The notes under the pieces are model-generated. The model was not told where the DNA came from. It worked only from the letters and a program-made list of their open reading frames with translations, and searched no databases. From assembly GCA_963799775.1 (NCBI GenBank), contig CAWCYD010000003.1, positions 1,536,001 through 1,600,000 on the forward strand: a stretch of DNA of 64,000 nt, in the 5' to 3' direction. Positions 31,677 through 42,416 of the stretch are shown piece after piece (position 1 is the stretch's first letter; each line of letters opens with the position of its first letter). The DNA comes from an uncultured archaeon. GTDB lineage: Archaea > Thermoproteota > Nitrososphaeria > Nitrososphaerales > Gagatemarchaeaceae. A program made the translations under genes and the position numbers.

Positions 31677-31928
31677 TGGCAGACATCTCGCTGGAAGTAG
31701 GCCTGGTCGCGATCATAGTCCTGCTCGTGCTGGCGCCGATCTTGTACTCCGGCATGAAGGGTAGGAGGAGGCAGACTCCAGGCGTCGTCGTTATCCGCGA
31801 AGGCAGACTTCCGGGCGAACCCCGCGTCGAACTTCGTCTGCTCAAACTGCGGCCGCAAGTTTAGGCACACGGTGACCTTCGAGGAGGAGATTGTGAAATG
31901 CCCCTACTGCGGGAGCGAGGTCGCCTAG
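31676..31928 (+). CDS. Small membrane-anchored zinc-ribbon protein, frameshifted
   Basis: TM then shifted frame FVCSNCG...KCPYCG. Confidence 0.55.
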
Positions 31929-32021
31929 AACATTCGCGACTGTGAGATTTGAATAGACATCCAGGGACAATCGGCCGAGGGGAACGCATAACTATCGATT
32001 GGGCTGGAGAGCGGAGGCAGA

Positions 32022-32174
32022 GGGGTCGTCGGCTAGGCCAATGTTGAACTCAAGACAACTTGGGGCTAGTCTGGTCTAGGCTTCAAATCAAAAGAAGAGG
32101 CCTTGGGAACGTTCCTCTATGGGTGCGTTCGAGAACGCTTGAGACCCCCGGTTCAAATCCGGGCGACCCCACCA
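32022..32174 (+). tRNA. tRNA-Pro(TGG) with three introns (15/16: 32037-32069; 29/30: 32087-32099; 37/38: 32108-32135)
   Basis: GGGGTCG/CGACCCC-ACCA acceptor, anticodon TGG 32104-32106; each intron forms a BHB-like motif and removal gives a standard cloverleaf. Confidence 0.9.
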
Positions 32175-32193
32175 CGTATCTCTATCCCCATTT

Positions 32194-32542
32194 CTATGTC
32201 TGCGACAGATATAGTGGGTTCCCGTCTGGGCTCCTTGAAGAAGGCAAGCTTGACCGGTCCGTCGTTGGAGACCCTGCTGAAGTTGACGCCCTTGCCCTTC
32301 AGACTAGTCATGGCAGCTTCGAGGTCCGCGACCCCGAATCCAATGGAAAGGCTCTCCGAATTGCCTGGTCTTGGCCCTTTCTCGACGAGGGGGTGAAGGG
32401 CGATGGTCAGTCCTGGACACGTGACCTCGGCGAACTGGTCGGCGTGTCTCGACTTGAGCTTGAGGCCCAGCGTTTCCACGTAGAACTGGATGCTGCGCTT
32501 CATTTCTGAGATCATGACCGTGACGTTCGCTTCCGTGATCAT
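32194..32542 (-). CDS. VOC/glyoxalase family protein, frameshift near C-terminus
   Basis: SIQFYVETLGL, IGFGVADL, AFFK then shifted PDGNPL. Confidence 0.8.
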
Positions 32543-32738
32543 TAGTGGGCTTGCACAGGCTTGTGATTTAACTCCCTCCAAGGTCAAGGCAATCGTAAGT
32601 ATTCGTGCGAACAAAACGCGAAGGACGCACCAGAGATGAAGGTGAATCCTTGCTAGAATTTCGCTCAGAGACGGTGGATTTTATTTGACTCCGTGGGATG
32701 TCATCATTATATAGTTTCGACCTCGAAGCACGTGGAAC

Positions 32739-34827
32739 GTGCAAGCCGCCCCCCGGCGTGTAAGGACGATTTACAGTGTCATCGCGTCTCCCCAGAGGCT
32801 CGAGATCCTCAAAATTCTCAACGTGAAAGGCCCGCTCACCTACAGCGCGCTGAAGTCGCTGGCGGGCTTCAAGTCGAAGAAGGAGTCCGGCAAGTTCGCG
32901 TACCACCTCAGGAAGCTCGTGCGCCAGCTCCTCATCCAGCTCAACAGACAAGAGCGGAAATACACGGTCACGAACCTCGGGAGGCTGGTCCTCAACCTCA
33001 CCCGCCAAATCGAGGAGCAGTCGCTCATAGAGAGCGGCAAGCTCTACGTCAGGACGACTCGCATGGCGATGGAGGAGTTCAACGCTGACAAGATACTCCA
33101 GTCGCTGGTCAAGGAGGCAGGGATGCCGGTCGAGCTCGCGCAGAAGATAACGAGCGAGACGGAGTCCAGGCTCTACAAGTTCCAGACGCAATATCTCACG
33201 GCGCCTCTCATCAGGGAGATGGTCAACTCGCTCCTCGTCGAGCAGAACCTCGAGGAATACAGGCACAAGCTCACGAGGTTGGGGATGCCAGTCTTCGACG
33301 TGACGCAACTCCTCGCAAAGGCGGGCGCTGACGGGGGCGACGCGGAGTCCCTCCTGCACCAGACGGGCAAGTCGGTCTTCTCCGAGTACCTCCTCCTGGA
33401 GCAGCTCCCCAGGGACGTCTCGGACGCGCACCTCAACGGGGACATCTACATCGCGGAGGCCGGGACCTGGGCGCTCATCCCGGACACCATCTTCTTGGAC
33501 CTGCTCTCGGTCAGGGCCTCAGGTTTCAACCCGAAGGGGAGGCTGCCGGGCGTCCCGATGCTCCCGAGCCCAACGAACCTCGAGGAGGCGATCAACGTCA
33601 TCGCTAACATCACGCCCCTCATCAAGAAGGAGGCGAACCAGGAGATTGTCTACAGGAACTTCCTCCAATATCTGGCGCAGTTCACCCGGTCGAGGACCAA
33701 GAAGGACGTCGCGGACGCGCTCTCAAAGTTCTTCGACCAGGTCTCGGCCTCCCTCCATCCGCTGAGGAAGCCCTCGGTCACGCTGCAGCTGGACATCTAC
33801 GACAAGGACGACGCTGGCCGCGAGCTCATGGAGAAGACGCTCAGCGCCACCATGGACGCCTACAGGGAGTACATCGAGCAGGCCACCAGGCCGGAGGTGA
33901 GGTTGCTGCTGGCGAAGCCCAACAAGTCCGAGGAGTCCTCGTACCTCAAGGACGCGGCTGCGATAGTCTTCCACGGCGGGAAGGTCTCGTTCTTCCCCAC
34001 AGGCCAGAAGAGGAGCGCGCTGGGGATCAACCTAGGGGTCCTTCCCAAAGACCAGCAGAGCGACAACGTCAGCGTCCTGCACAACCTCGGCATCAACCTC
34101 CCCAGGCTCTCCTACGAGTCGAACCAGGACGAGACCTACTTCAGGGCCAAGCTCTCCATGCTGATGGGCGTGGCCGCGGACGCCCTGGTGACGAGAAGGC
34201 ACCTTCTCGAGAGGGTGATGAACAAGGGGCTGCTCCCGGCGCTCAGCTTCGGCTCGGACAGCGTCAGCTCGGAGGTGATGCCTCTGATAATGAACCTGGT
34301 CGGCCTCGACGAGGCGCTCTTCGGGCTCAACAAGGAGACGACCCTTGCGGCCAGGGCGGACCTCGCAGCGAAGATCCTCGGGACCGCGTCCCAGTCGGCG
34401 TCGGAGAAGTCCGGGCGCGGCGAGCGGCTGGGCATCGCGCTCATCGAGGAGGACGGGGCGGCGAGGCTCGCGGCCCTCGACTCGGAGAGATACGGGAGGG
34501 CGAACCTCCAGAGCCTCGAGAGGAGGGGCTACTCGCAGGCGGCGAGGCTCACGATGGATGGACCTCAACAACCCGGACGTCATGAACCACATCGGCAAGC
34601 TGGGGCAGGGTGCGACGGGAGGGCTTTCGGTCTACCTCGACGCATCGTCGCTCGACCTCAGGGGAATCTATAACCTGGCTGTGAACGCGACTCCAAGGCT
34701 GGAGTTCTTCGGGATCGAGAGGCTCGTGTCATTCTGCAGGAATTGCGGCACGAAACTTCCTGCAAAGACTGAGCGGTGCACAAAATGCAGGTCGACGGCG
34801 ACGGCCCAGTATTCGACAGTCGAGTAG
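32739..34827 (+). CDS. ArsR-type HTH + ATP-cone + class III RNR (NrdD)-like barrel + zinc ribbon; likely non-catalytic; frameshift near 34560
   Basis: QRLEILKIL...FAYHLRKL wHTH; EEFNADKILQSLVKEAG ATP-cone; DAHLNGDIYI, INLPRL NrdD-like; CRNC...CTKC; no glycyl-radical loop. Confidence 0.8.
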
Positions 34828-35136
34828 TCTCTCGGAGTCAGGCGCGCTCTTCGTCAACACATGTTGACACGCGGTTATTGGCCGCAAATCTTCGTGGGCC
34901 GAGACCTAGTATCTTCTAGGCCTCAACTCGTTTCCCCGTGTCGTCATCACTCGGTAAGCGTGAAACTCTGCGAAGTTACGGAAGTGAACGGGACCAAGCT
35001 GGCATCCAGAGGATTTAAGGGTTGGTGGGTGAAGAAATGCTTCACCACGAATTAGATAAAGCACGTCGGATGGAGAGAGCGCGCGATTTAGTGTTTGACA
35101 ACTGAGATTGAATCTTCAAAGAAGGAAGGTGGTGTG

Positions 35137-37418
35137 ATGGAGGAGCAACAGCTCCACAAGGCTGAGGTAGTGCTTCCACAGGAGACGCTTGACGCGTTCG
35201 GTGGGGACGAGCTCAGGGCGCGTGTCTTTTACGAGAAGTACGCGCTAAGAGACGAGACGGGCAAGCAGGTCGAGAAAGTCCCAAAGCAACTATGGCAGAG
35301 GGTCGCGAGCGAGCTCGCCTCGGTCGAGTCCAACGCGGAGAAGAAGCACGAGTGGACCGACAAGTTCTACTGGCTGCTTGACGACTTCAAGTTCGTCCCA
35401 GGTGGAAGGATCATGTTCGGTGCAGGTCAATCGAGAAGGTCTACGCTTCTCAACTGTTACTTCTTCAAGATCAGGGAGGACTCGATAGAGGGGATATTCG
35501 ACTGGTGCAAAGAGGCCGCGAGGACCTACAGCTTCGGCGGAGGGGTGGGAACGGACATCTCGCTGCTCAGGCCGCGGGGCACTCCCGTCAACAACTCGGC
35601 CATAGTCAGCTCCGGGTCGGTCTCCTTCATGGAGCTCCTGTCCACGACGACGGGCACGATCGGCCAAGCGGGCAGGAGGGGCGCGCTCATGATAACTATA
35701 CGCGTCGACCACCCGGACATATTCGACTTCATCAACGTGAAGAAGGGCCTGAAGAAGGTCAACTACGCGAACATCTCCGTCAAGATAACCGACGAGTTCA
35801 TGCAGGCGGTCGAGAAGGATGCCGACTTTACGCTCAGGTTCCAGAACGAGAAGGTAAAGTTCGAGAAGACGGTCCGCGCCAAGGAGATCTGGAACCAGCT
35901 GGTCAAGGCTGCGTGGCAGAGCGACGAGCCGGGTCTGATCTTCTGGGACACGATCAAGAGGGACTCCACCACGGAGTACAACGGGATGGCGGTCGAAGGC
36001 GTCAACCCGTGCAGCGAGCAGACCCTGGAGAACTATGGGTGCTGCTGCCTGGGATCGATCAACCTCAGCTCCTTCGTCAAGGACGCGTTCACGGACCGCG
36101 CCAGCATCGACTGGACGGGCCTGACGAAGGCGGCGCAGTACGCGACCAGGTTCCTCGACAACGTCCTAGACTACAACGCGGACAAGCACCCGCTCCCCCA
36201 GCAGAAGAAGGCCTCCCTATGGTCGAGGAGGGTCGGCGTCGGGACCACGGGGCTGGGAGACATGCTCATCAAGTTGGGCAAGAAGTATGACGACGAGGCG
36301 ACCGTCGAGTTCGTCGACAAGCTCTTCGAGAGGGTCACCAACATCATCTACGACTACTCCACCGACCTGGCGAAGGAGAAAGGCCCGGCCCCGGCCTTCG
36401 AGGCGAAGAAGCACCTGGCCCAGCCCTTCGTCCAGAGGCTCGACACGAAGGTCAAGGAGAAGATCAAGAGACAGGGCATAAGGAACTCGGCGATCACCAC
36501 CGTGCCCCCCGTCGGGTCGGGCTCCATATTCGTCGGGTCGTCCAGCGGCGTCGAGCCCGTCTTCGCCCTCTACTACACGAGGAGGAGCAAGTCGCTCAGC
36601 GAGGGCGAGTTCAAGGTCTGGCACCCGCTCGTCAAGGAGTACATGAGGGTCTTCCGCGTGACGGACGAGAGCAAGCTGCCGCCATACTTCGTCACCGCCC
36701 ACCAGATCAAGCCTGAGATGAGGGTGAAGATGCAGGCCGCCATCCAGAAGCACATCGACACGGCGATATCGAGCACGGTCAACCTTCCCCAGGACATCTC
36801 CGAGGAGGAGGTCGGGAAGATCTACTTCGAGGCGTGGAAGCTCGGGTGCAAGGGCATCACGGTCTACAGGGAGGGCAGCAGGGAGGGGATACTCGAGACC
36901 GCCAACGTCGACAAGAAGAAGGAGGGGGCGGTAGCGGAGCCAAAGATGGAGACGGCGACGGCCTTCGATAGGCCTAAGGTAATGACCGGAAGGGACCCTC
37001 AAGCTCAAGCTCCCGCAGGGAGGGCTCTACGTCACTGCGAACTCCGACGAGACCGGGAAGCTCAAGGAGGTCTTCGTGACGCTGGGCAAGCTTGGCGGCG
37101 ACGAGAAGGCCGACGCCGAGGCGATAGGGAGGCTAATCAGTCTCTACCTGCAGCACGGCGGCGACATCCAGAGCGTGACCAAGATGCTCAAGGGCATCCG
37201 CGGCAAGTACGTCTCGTGGGAGGAGGGGATACAGCTGCTGTCGATCCCAGACGCGGTGGCCAAGGCGCTCGAGGTCCATCACCGCCGGCAAGGTGAAGAA
37301 GGAGTCGGCGACGCCGCTCTTGCAGGGAGGCACTTGCCCCGACTGCAAGGAGAACGCCATAATCTTCGAGGCGGGATGTTACAAATGCAACGCCTGTGGC
37401 TATAGCAAGTGCGAGTAA
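35137..37418 (+). CDS. nrdJ: Class II (adenosylcobalamin-dependent) ribonucleotide reductase with TSCPD domain; frameshifts near 36995 and 37278
   Basis: TLLNCY, GGGVG, RRGA, NPCSEQ, CCLGSINL, SSTVN, KGITVYREGSR; C-terminal CPDC...GGCYKCNACGYSKC. Confidence 0.94.
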
Positions 37419-37436
37419 GAGAAGCGTGAGGGCGGG

Positions 37437-37909
37437 CTAGCTACGCTTCCCGCGTAGCTCCCTCTCCATCGCCTTCGCGAGGAGACCCCACTCCTTCGTC
37501 CTAGCTGCTGCGTCGGCTTTCGCAGTGGCAGCGAGCTGCTTCTTGCCGGGGGCCGTCTTCGGGTATGTGAGTTCGTAGCCCGTATACTCGAGCCGGGACC
37601 CGGTCCTTCGGGTATTATCCGGTAGAAGTAGAGAGAGTTCTTGTTCGGGCCGGTCAGGTGGAGGTTGAAGTAGGTAGTCCTCTCCTTGTCAGTCTTGATC
37701 AGCTTCTTCTTGGTCGTGGCCTTCCCGTTTGGGTAGAGCGTGTCCTCGAGGAGGATGGTGTCATCAGACACCCTGGTCACCTTCCTGAATCCCTTGAGGC
37801 CCATGAGGTTGTGGTCCTTTGGGTCGTAGTCGGTGCACCAGGCAAAGGCCTCGGCGGCGGGGGCGTTGAAGTGCTGAGAGAACTCGTACCTTGTGGAGAC
37901 GACTACCAA
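37437..37909 (-). CDS. SRPBCC/START-like hypothetical protein (paralogue 1), frameshifted
   Basis: QHFNAPAAEAFAWCTDYDP; shares motifs and ...AMEREL end with neighbour. Confidence 0.65.
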
Positions 37910-37918
37910 GCAGAGAAC

Positions 37919-38383
37919 CTACTTTAGCTCCCTCTCCATCGCTTTCCCCAAGTTGACCCAGATCTTGGAGTCGCCCTTCCGCTCCTCCTCGGCCAGTTTG
38001 GCGACCTCTCCTTTGGGCATCTTCTTGGGCAGGAGGAGCATCCCTGTGAACTCGAGCCTCGACCCGCCATCGTCCTCCGGGAAGAACTCGTAGACGAACT
38101 GGGAGTGGGGAGTAGGGCCCCCGATGTGGGTGTTCACGAAGGAGCGCTTCGCGTGGTCGATGCGGATGAGCCGGGTCTTGGTGACGGGCCCCTTGACGGT
38201 CTTCCTCGTGTCGTAGAGGATGATCGCGTCGTCGGTGAGCTTCTTGATCTTCCTCGTCCCCTCGAGGCCCATCCTCTTCCAGTCCGCCGGGCCTGGGTCG
38301 TAGTCTATGGCCCACGCGAAGGCCTCCTCCACGGGGACGTCGAACTTCTGGACGAACTTGTAGTTCACGCTTGAGTAGACCAT
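37919..38383 (-). CDS. SRPBCC/START-like hypothetical protein (paralogue 2)
   Basis: QKFDVPVEEAFAWAIDYDP...YEFFPEDDGGSRLEF...W..LGKAMEREL. Confidence 0.7.
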   Translation of the reverse strand: MVYSSVNYKFVQKFDVPVEEAFAWAIDYDPGPADWKRMGLEGTRKIKKLTDDAIILYDTRKTVKGPVTKTRLIRIDHAKRSFVNTHIGGPTPHSQFVYEFFPEDDGGSRLEFTGMLLLPKKMPKGEVAKLAEEERKGDSKIWVNLGKAMERELK

Positions 38384-38431
38384 GATATCTGGCTCTTAGA
38401 AGACCGTCGGCCTAATAATCGTTATAGCGGC

Positions 38432-38884
38432 GTGCGCCGGCTCTCCCTCGTGCTAATCGAGGAGCGAGTCGAGTTCGAGGGCGACCCCGGGGAAGTTTGG
38501 GCGAGGGTCTCCGACATAGACAGGATTCCCGAGTACTGGCACGGGACGAGGTCGCTGCAGATAGCAACGAGGGATGAAAGACAGGGAAGGGTGGTGGTCA
38601 AGGCCGGGTCGAAGTTCGCCTTTGGTGGCTCGGGCGAGGTCGAGATCACCGCCGACGACGCCTCGAAGACGCTCACGTCGAACTACACCTCAGGCCCTTT
38701 CAAGGGGGTGCAGGTCGTGAGGGTCGTGGGCAACGCCATCGAGGCCAGGTGGGAGGTGAACTTCACGGGCCTCTTCAAGCTAACTTCGGGATGGACTGGA
38801 GGCCACTTCAAGAGCGGGACTCGCCACGCTCTGGAGAGGCTTGCGGGGAAAGAGACGCCAGTGCAAAAGACGAGCGAGGCTTAA
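38432..38884 (+). CDS. SRPBCC (polyketide cyclase-like) family protein
   Basis: EVWARVSDIDRIPEYWHGT, SGPFKG, ALERL. Confidence 0.75.
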   Translation: MRRLSLVLIEERVEFEGDPGEVWARVSDIDRIPEYWHGTRSLQIATRDERQGRVVVKAGSKFAFGGSGEVEITADDASKTLTSNYTSGPFKGVQVVRVVGNAIEARWEVNFTGLFKLTSGWTGGHFKSGTRHALERLAGKETPVQKTSEA

Positions 38885-38910
38885 GTAACAATGTCGCCTC
38901 CTTTGAGGCC

Positions 38911-39165
38911 GTGAGCGCAAAGGATGAGCCCGAGCCGCAGAAGAGCCTGAAGAGGATAACCTGGCAGTCTCAGAACTGCCTCGCCTGTGTCTGGTTCAAG
39001 CCCAACGACCCGCTGAACGCTGACATCCTGGAGCGCGGGATGTGCGTCCACGCGAAGCTCAAGGAGTTCGAGCTGGTCGTCTCTGGTCGCGACTGGTGCA
39101 ACCTCTTCACGGAAATCAGGCAGAAGCAGATAGACCTGATCCAAGAGAAAGCGATGAAGGGATAG
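38911..39165 (+). CDS. Small four-Cys protein resembling HiPIP-type Fe-S proteins
   Basis: QNCLACVWF...GMC...VSGRDWCNLF. Confidence 0.55.
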   Translation: MSAKDEPEPQKSLKRITWQSQNCLACVWFKPNDPLNADILERGMCVHAKLKEFELVVSGRDWCNLFTEIRQKQIDLIQEKAMKG

Positions 39166-39171
39166 AGGCCC

Positions 39172-41216
39172 TTACTTCGCTTCTTTCACTACGTCGCTGA
39201 GCGTGTGGGTCCGGGGCCCCTTGAAGGGCGAGAAGGCCCTTCCGCCGCCGTGCAGGAACTTGGAGAAGGTCTCGACGTAGAGGAGCCTTGCGCTCTGGAT
39301 GCCAGGCTCCAAGATCCCCAGGACGAGGTTGAAGATGTGCCCGACGGCCAGGAGCACGACCCCGAAGATCGCGAAGGCTATCCCGCCGTAGACCAGGCCC
39401 GGGGCGGCGCTCGTGCCCACCGCCTGGCTGTCTATCACGAACGCTAGCACATAGGAGGCGAGGAGGATGCCCAGGAGCCTTGTGTATGAGATCACGTGGC
39501 TTACGATGGAGGGGAGCTCTATGACGGCGAGCTTGCCCTCTCCGAAGATGATGAGCCCGACGCCGACCACAGCCATCCCGATGAACACCCCGGCGACCGG
39601 GTTCTGCCCGGGGTTGACGTTGCCGTGCTTGAGGAGGGTGAGCCCGAAGAGCGAGAGGCCCCAGGCGACGGAGAGCCAGCCGACCTTCCCGAGGACGTGC
39701 TTCTTCATGTTCATCCAGTAGGCGTTGAGCATCCCGAGCACCAGGCCGAACGAGACCATGAAGAGCCCGATGTAGCCCGAGTAGAGGAGGAGCGTCTTCA
39801 GGCCCCTCGTGGAGATGGGGTTGAGGAAGACCCCGTCGGCGGGGAGGCTCGTGTGGGCGTTGGTGTTGAGCCAGTCGAAGAGATACTGGTTGACCGGGAA
39901 CCCGAAGTACGCGTTGAGCGTGAAGCCCATCACTATCCCTGCTATCGAGCCGAGGATCAGGGCCTTCGCCAGCTTCTTGAACTGGACGGGCCGGAGGATC
40001 TTCGCGACGAACGACCTCAGGAAGGCAGGGATCACCGTCTTCCTCTCGGGGTGGTTGACCCTCCTGATTATCCAGACGGCGATGAGCAGGATCAGGATGG
40101 CGTAGCCGACGTCCCCGAGCATGAGCCCGAAGAAGATCGGGAACGCGAAGGCGAATATCAAGCTCGGGTCCACCTCGTTCGACATCGGCATGGTGTAGAA
40201 GCGGATGAACGACTCGAAGAACTTCAGGCGCTTGGGGTTCTCGAGCAGGGTGGGAGGGCCTGCGTGGGCGTCGTGCTCGTCGTGGGCCTCCTGGTGAATC
40301 TCGAAGAGCCTCGTCGAGGGGGCGGTCTGTCCCAGGGCGTCCTTGAGCGCCCCCACCCGCTTGGCGGGGCACCCATCCCTCCACTGCGAAGGCGCTCTCG
40401 GTGAACCCGAAGTTGTTCAGGACCTCGAGCTGCCGGGCCTCGATGGAGAGCTGCTCCTCGACCTGCGAGATCATCGTGTAGTGCTGCTGCGAGATGGCGA
40501 GGAGCTTGGCGTCCGTGTCGGCGAGGTCGGCCTGCTTCAGCCTCCGCTCCTCCTCCAGGTTCGCGAGGGCCTGCGAGGCGGTCCCCCTGAGCGCCGGGAC
40601 CCGCGTGAGCCTCACGTCCGCCTTTTGGATCACCGAGCCGAACTTCTCCAGGCCCGCCCTCGGGACGGTGACGATGACCTTGATCGGGTCGCTCCCGGAG
40701 GAGTAGGCGACCGCGGCCTCCGCGGAGGGGAGGTTCTGGATGAGCGTGGCGTAATTGGCGGCGGGGACCGTCCCGAAGAAGGAGACGGCGGCCTCGAGGT
40801 CGAAGATGCTGAGGTTCATCCTTCACGAACTGGAGGTTCTGGACGAGGGCCACCCGGTTCGCGAGGTCGTCGAGCTGGGTCGAGAGCCTCTCCTGGTGCT
40901 CCTTGAGCTTGGAGACCTCCTGGTCGATTCCGACGGACCTCGAAGCCTCGATCACCTCTCTGAGAGAGGAGAACTTCCTCTGCCCCTTAACGGGCGTGGG
41001 GGGGAGGGCAGACTCGAGCGACCTTATCCTGAGGAGCTCCTCGGAGATCTCCTTGTTCCCGCCGACATCTGACTCGGGCCTAAGGACGGAGGCCGCTTCC
41101 TTGGACAGGGGCTCGATGTGGAGGACGCCCATGTCGTAGAGCATGGAGACCACCCGGGGCCTCTCCTCCTTGGTCCCTACTACTGCGACCTTCTGCATCT
41201 GGGCGGGCTTTAGCAT
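39172..41216 (-). CDS. atpI: A/V-type ATP synthase subunit I (a), two frameshifts
   Basis: MLKPAQMQKV, AVEGWVP, PPTLLENP, FFGLMLGDVGY, ISYTRL, RLLYVETFSKF. Confidence 0.93.
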
Positions 41217-41225
41217 TCGTCGGTG

Positions 41226-41552
41226 TCACTTGAGCTCTGAAAAGATTACGCTGTCGTCTATCTTCTTGAGGGCGGCCTTGTCGAGCCTCTTTCCCGAGAC
41301 CTGTTTGGCGTCCCGATCTGCCGCCGCCAGTGCGGTGTCGGCCTCCTTCTGCGCTGCCTTCGAGGTCTTCGCGACGTCGTCGGCGACCAGCGCCTCCCCC
41401 TTCTTCTTCGCATCCGCTATCTGGGCGTTGGCCTGCTCCTCGAGCTGGCGCAGCTGCTCCTCGAGGGCCTTCCTCCTCTCGAGTATCTCCCTGCTGCTCG
41501 CCTCCTCGGTCTCCTTGATCCTCTTCAGCGTCTCGGTGTAGTCTTGTGACAA
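41226..41552 (-). CDS. atpH: A/V-type ATP synthase subunit H (G)
   Basis: Charged coiled-coil LKRIKETEEAS... upstream of atpI. Confidence 0.8.
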   Translation of the reverse strand: MSQDYTETLKRIKETEEASSREILERRKALEEQLRQLEEQANAQIADAKKKGEALVADDVAKTSKAAQKEADTALAAADRDAKQVSGKRLDKAALKKIDDSVIFSELK

Positions 41553-41558
41553 GTGCTA

Positions 41559-41768
41559 TCAGATCCTCGTGAAGAAGAGGAGGAGCACCATCACGAGGGC
41601 GGTGACCTTGGCGGTCCTGAAGGCGAGCTGCACGAGGTAGAACCTCTTCTGCTGGACGTTGATCGGTGAGGTCTGCGCCTTCCTGAATTTGGGCGGAGAC
41701 TTGGCCCAGTAGTAGAACTTGGGCACGCCCATGCGCCGCTTCTCTTCCTTCTTCTCGTCTTCTGGCAT
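41559..41768 (-). CDS. Small C-terminal-TM protein inside the ATPase operon
   Basis: 69 aa, basic N-terminus, one C-terminal TM, tightly packed between atpD and atpH. Confidence 0.65.
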   Translation of the reverse strand: MPEDEKKEEKRRMGVPKFYYWAKSPPKFRKAQTSPINVQQKRFYLVQLAFRTAKVTALVMVLLLFFTRI

Positions 41769-41770
41769 GT

Positions 41771-42406
41771 CTACTGCGCGTCCCTCTGGGCTATCTTCCG
41801 CTTGACCGTCTTGAGCTTGGTGAAGCTCTCCCTCTCCATCTCGTCGAACCTGAACTTGATGTATCTCGCGTTGGCCTGCAGCCTCGGGATGAGGACGTTC
41901 TCAATCGCGTTGGACCTGCGCTTCGTCTTCTCTATCTCGACGAGCAGCTTCCTCAGGGCGGTCTCCTTCTCTGCGACGTCTATGACGAGCTTGTGGACGT
42001 CCTCGAAGGCCTTGATCGACTGGTTGATCGCGGTCGGGACCTCGAGCAGGTATTCCTGACCCGCCCCGCCTGAGCCCTCCCCTGAGAGCTCCGGGATCTT
42101 CACCCCCATGATGTTCTTGGACTTTAGCGTCAGCTCGTGCATCTTGGGGATGCGCATCGACTCGTATTCCAGCCTCAACGTGCCCACGAACATCTCCGTG
42201 TTGTGGATGCCCTCGTACCCCGTGTGGAGCTTGGCCTGGAGCCCGCTCCTCAGGGACGCGACCGTCTTGCTGACCGCGAAGAACTCGAAGATGAGGGCGG
42301 ACCTCTTGAGCTTCAGGAGCTTCAACCCCTTTCGCGAGACCGCTATCCTGCGGATGGTCCTCAGGTATTCCATCCGTGTGGGGCGGACGTTGATCGGGGT
42401 CGGCAT
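41771..42406 (-). CDS. atpD: A/V-type ATP synthase subunit D
   Basis: PTRMEY, LLKLKRSAL, EIEKTKRRSNAIE, DEMERESF. Confidence 0.95.
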   Translation of the reverse strand: MPTPINVRPTRMEYLRTIRRIAVSRKGLKLLKLKRSALIFEFFAVSKTVASLRSGLQAKLHTGYEGIHNTEMFVGTLRLEYESMRIPKMHELTLKSKNIMGVKIPELSGEGSGGAGQEYLLEVPTAINQSIKAFEDVHKLVIDVAEKETALRKLLVEIEKTKRRSNAIENVLIPRLQANARYIKFRFDEMERESFTKLKTVKRKIAQRDAQ

Positions 42407-42416
42407 CGATTTTTCC

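Noticed and set aside
28666-32022. Integrated virus or plasmid between tRNA-Trp and tRNA-Pro
   Set aside because: No integrase, no duplicated tRNA end (att) and no viral hallmark genes seen
32739-34827. Functional anaerobic (class III) ribonucleotide reductase
   Set aside because: No glycyl-radical loop, no barrel cysteines seen, no activase nearby
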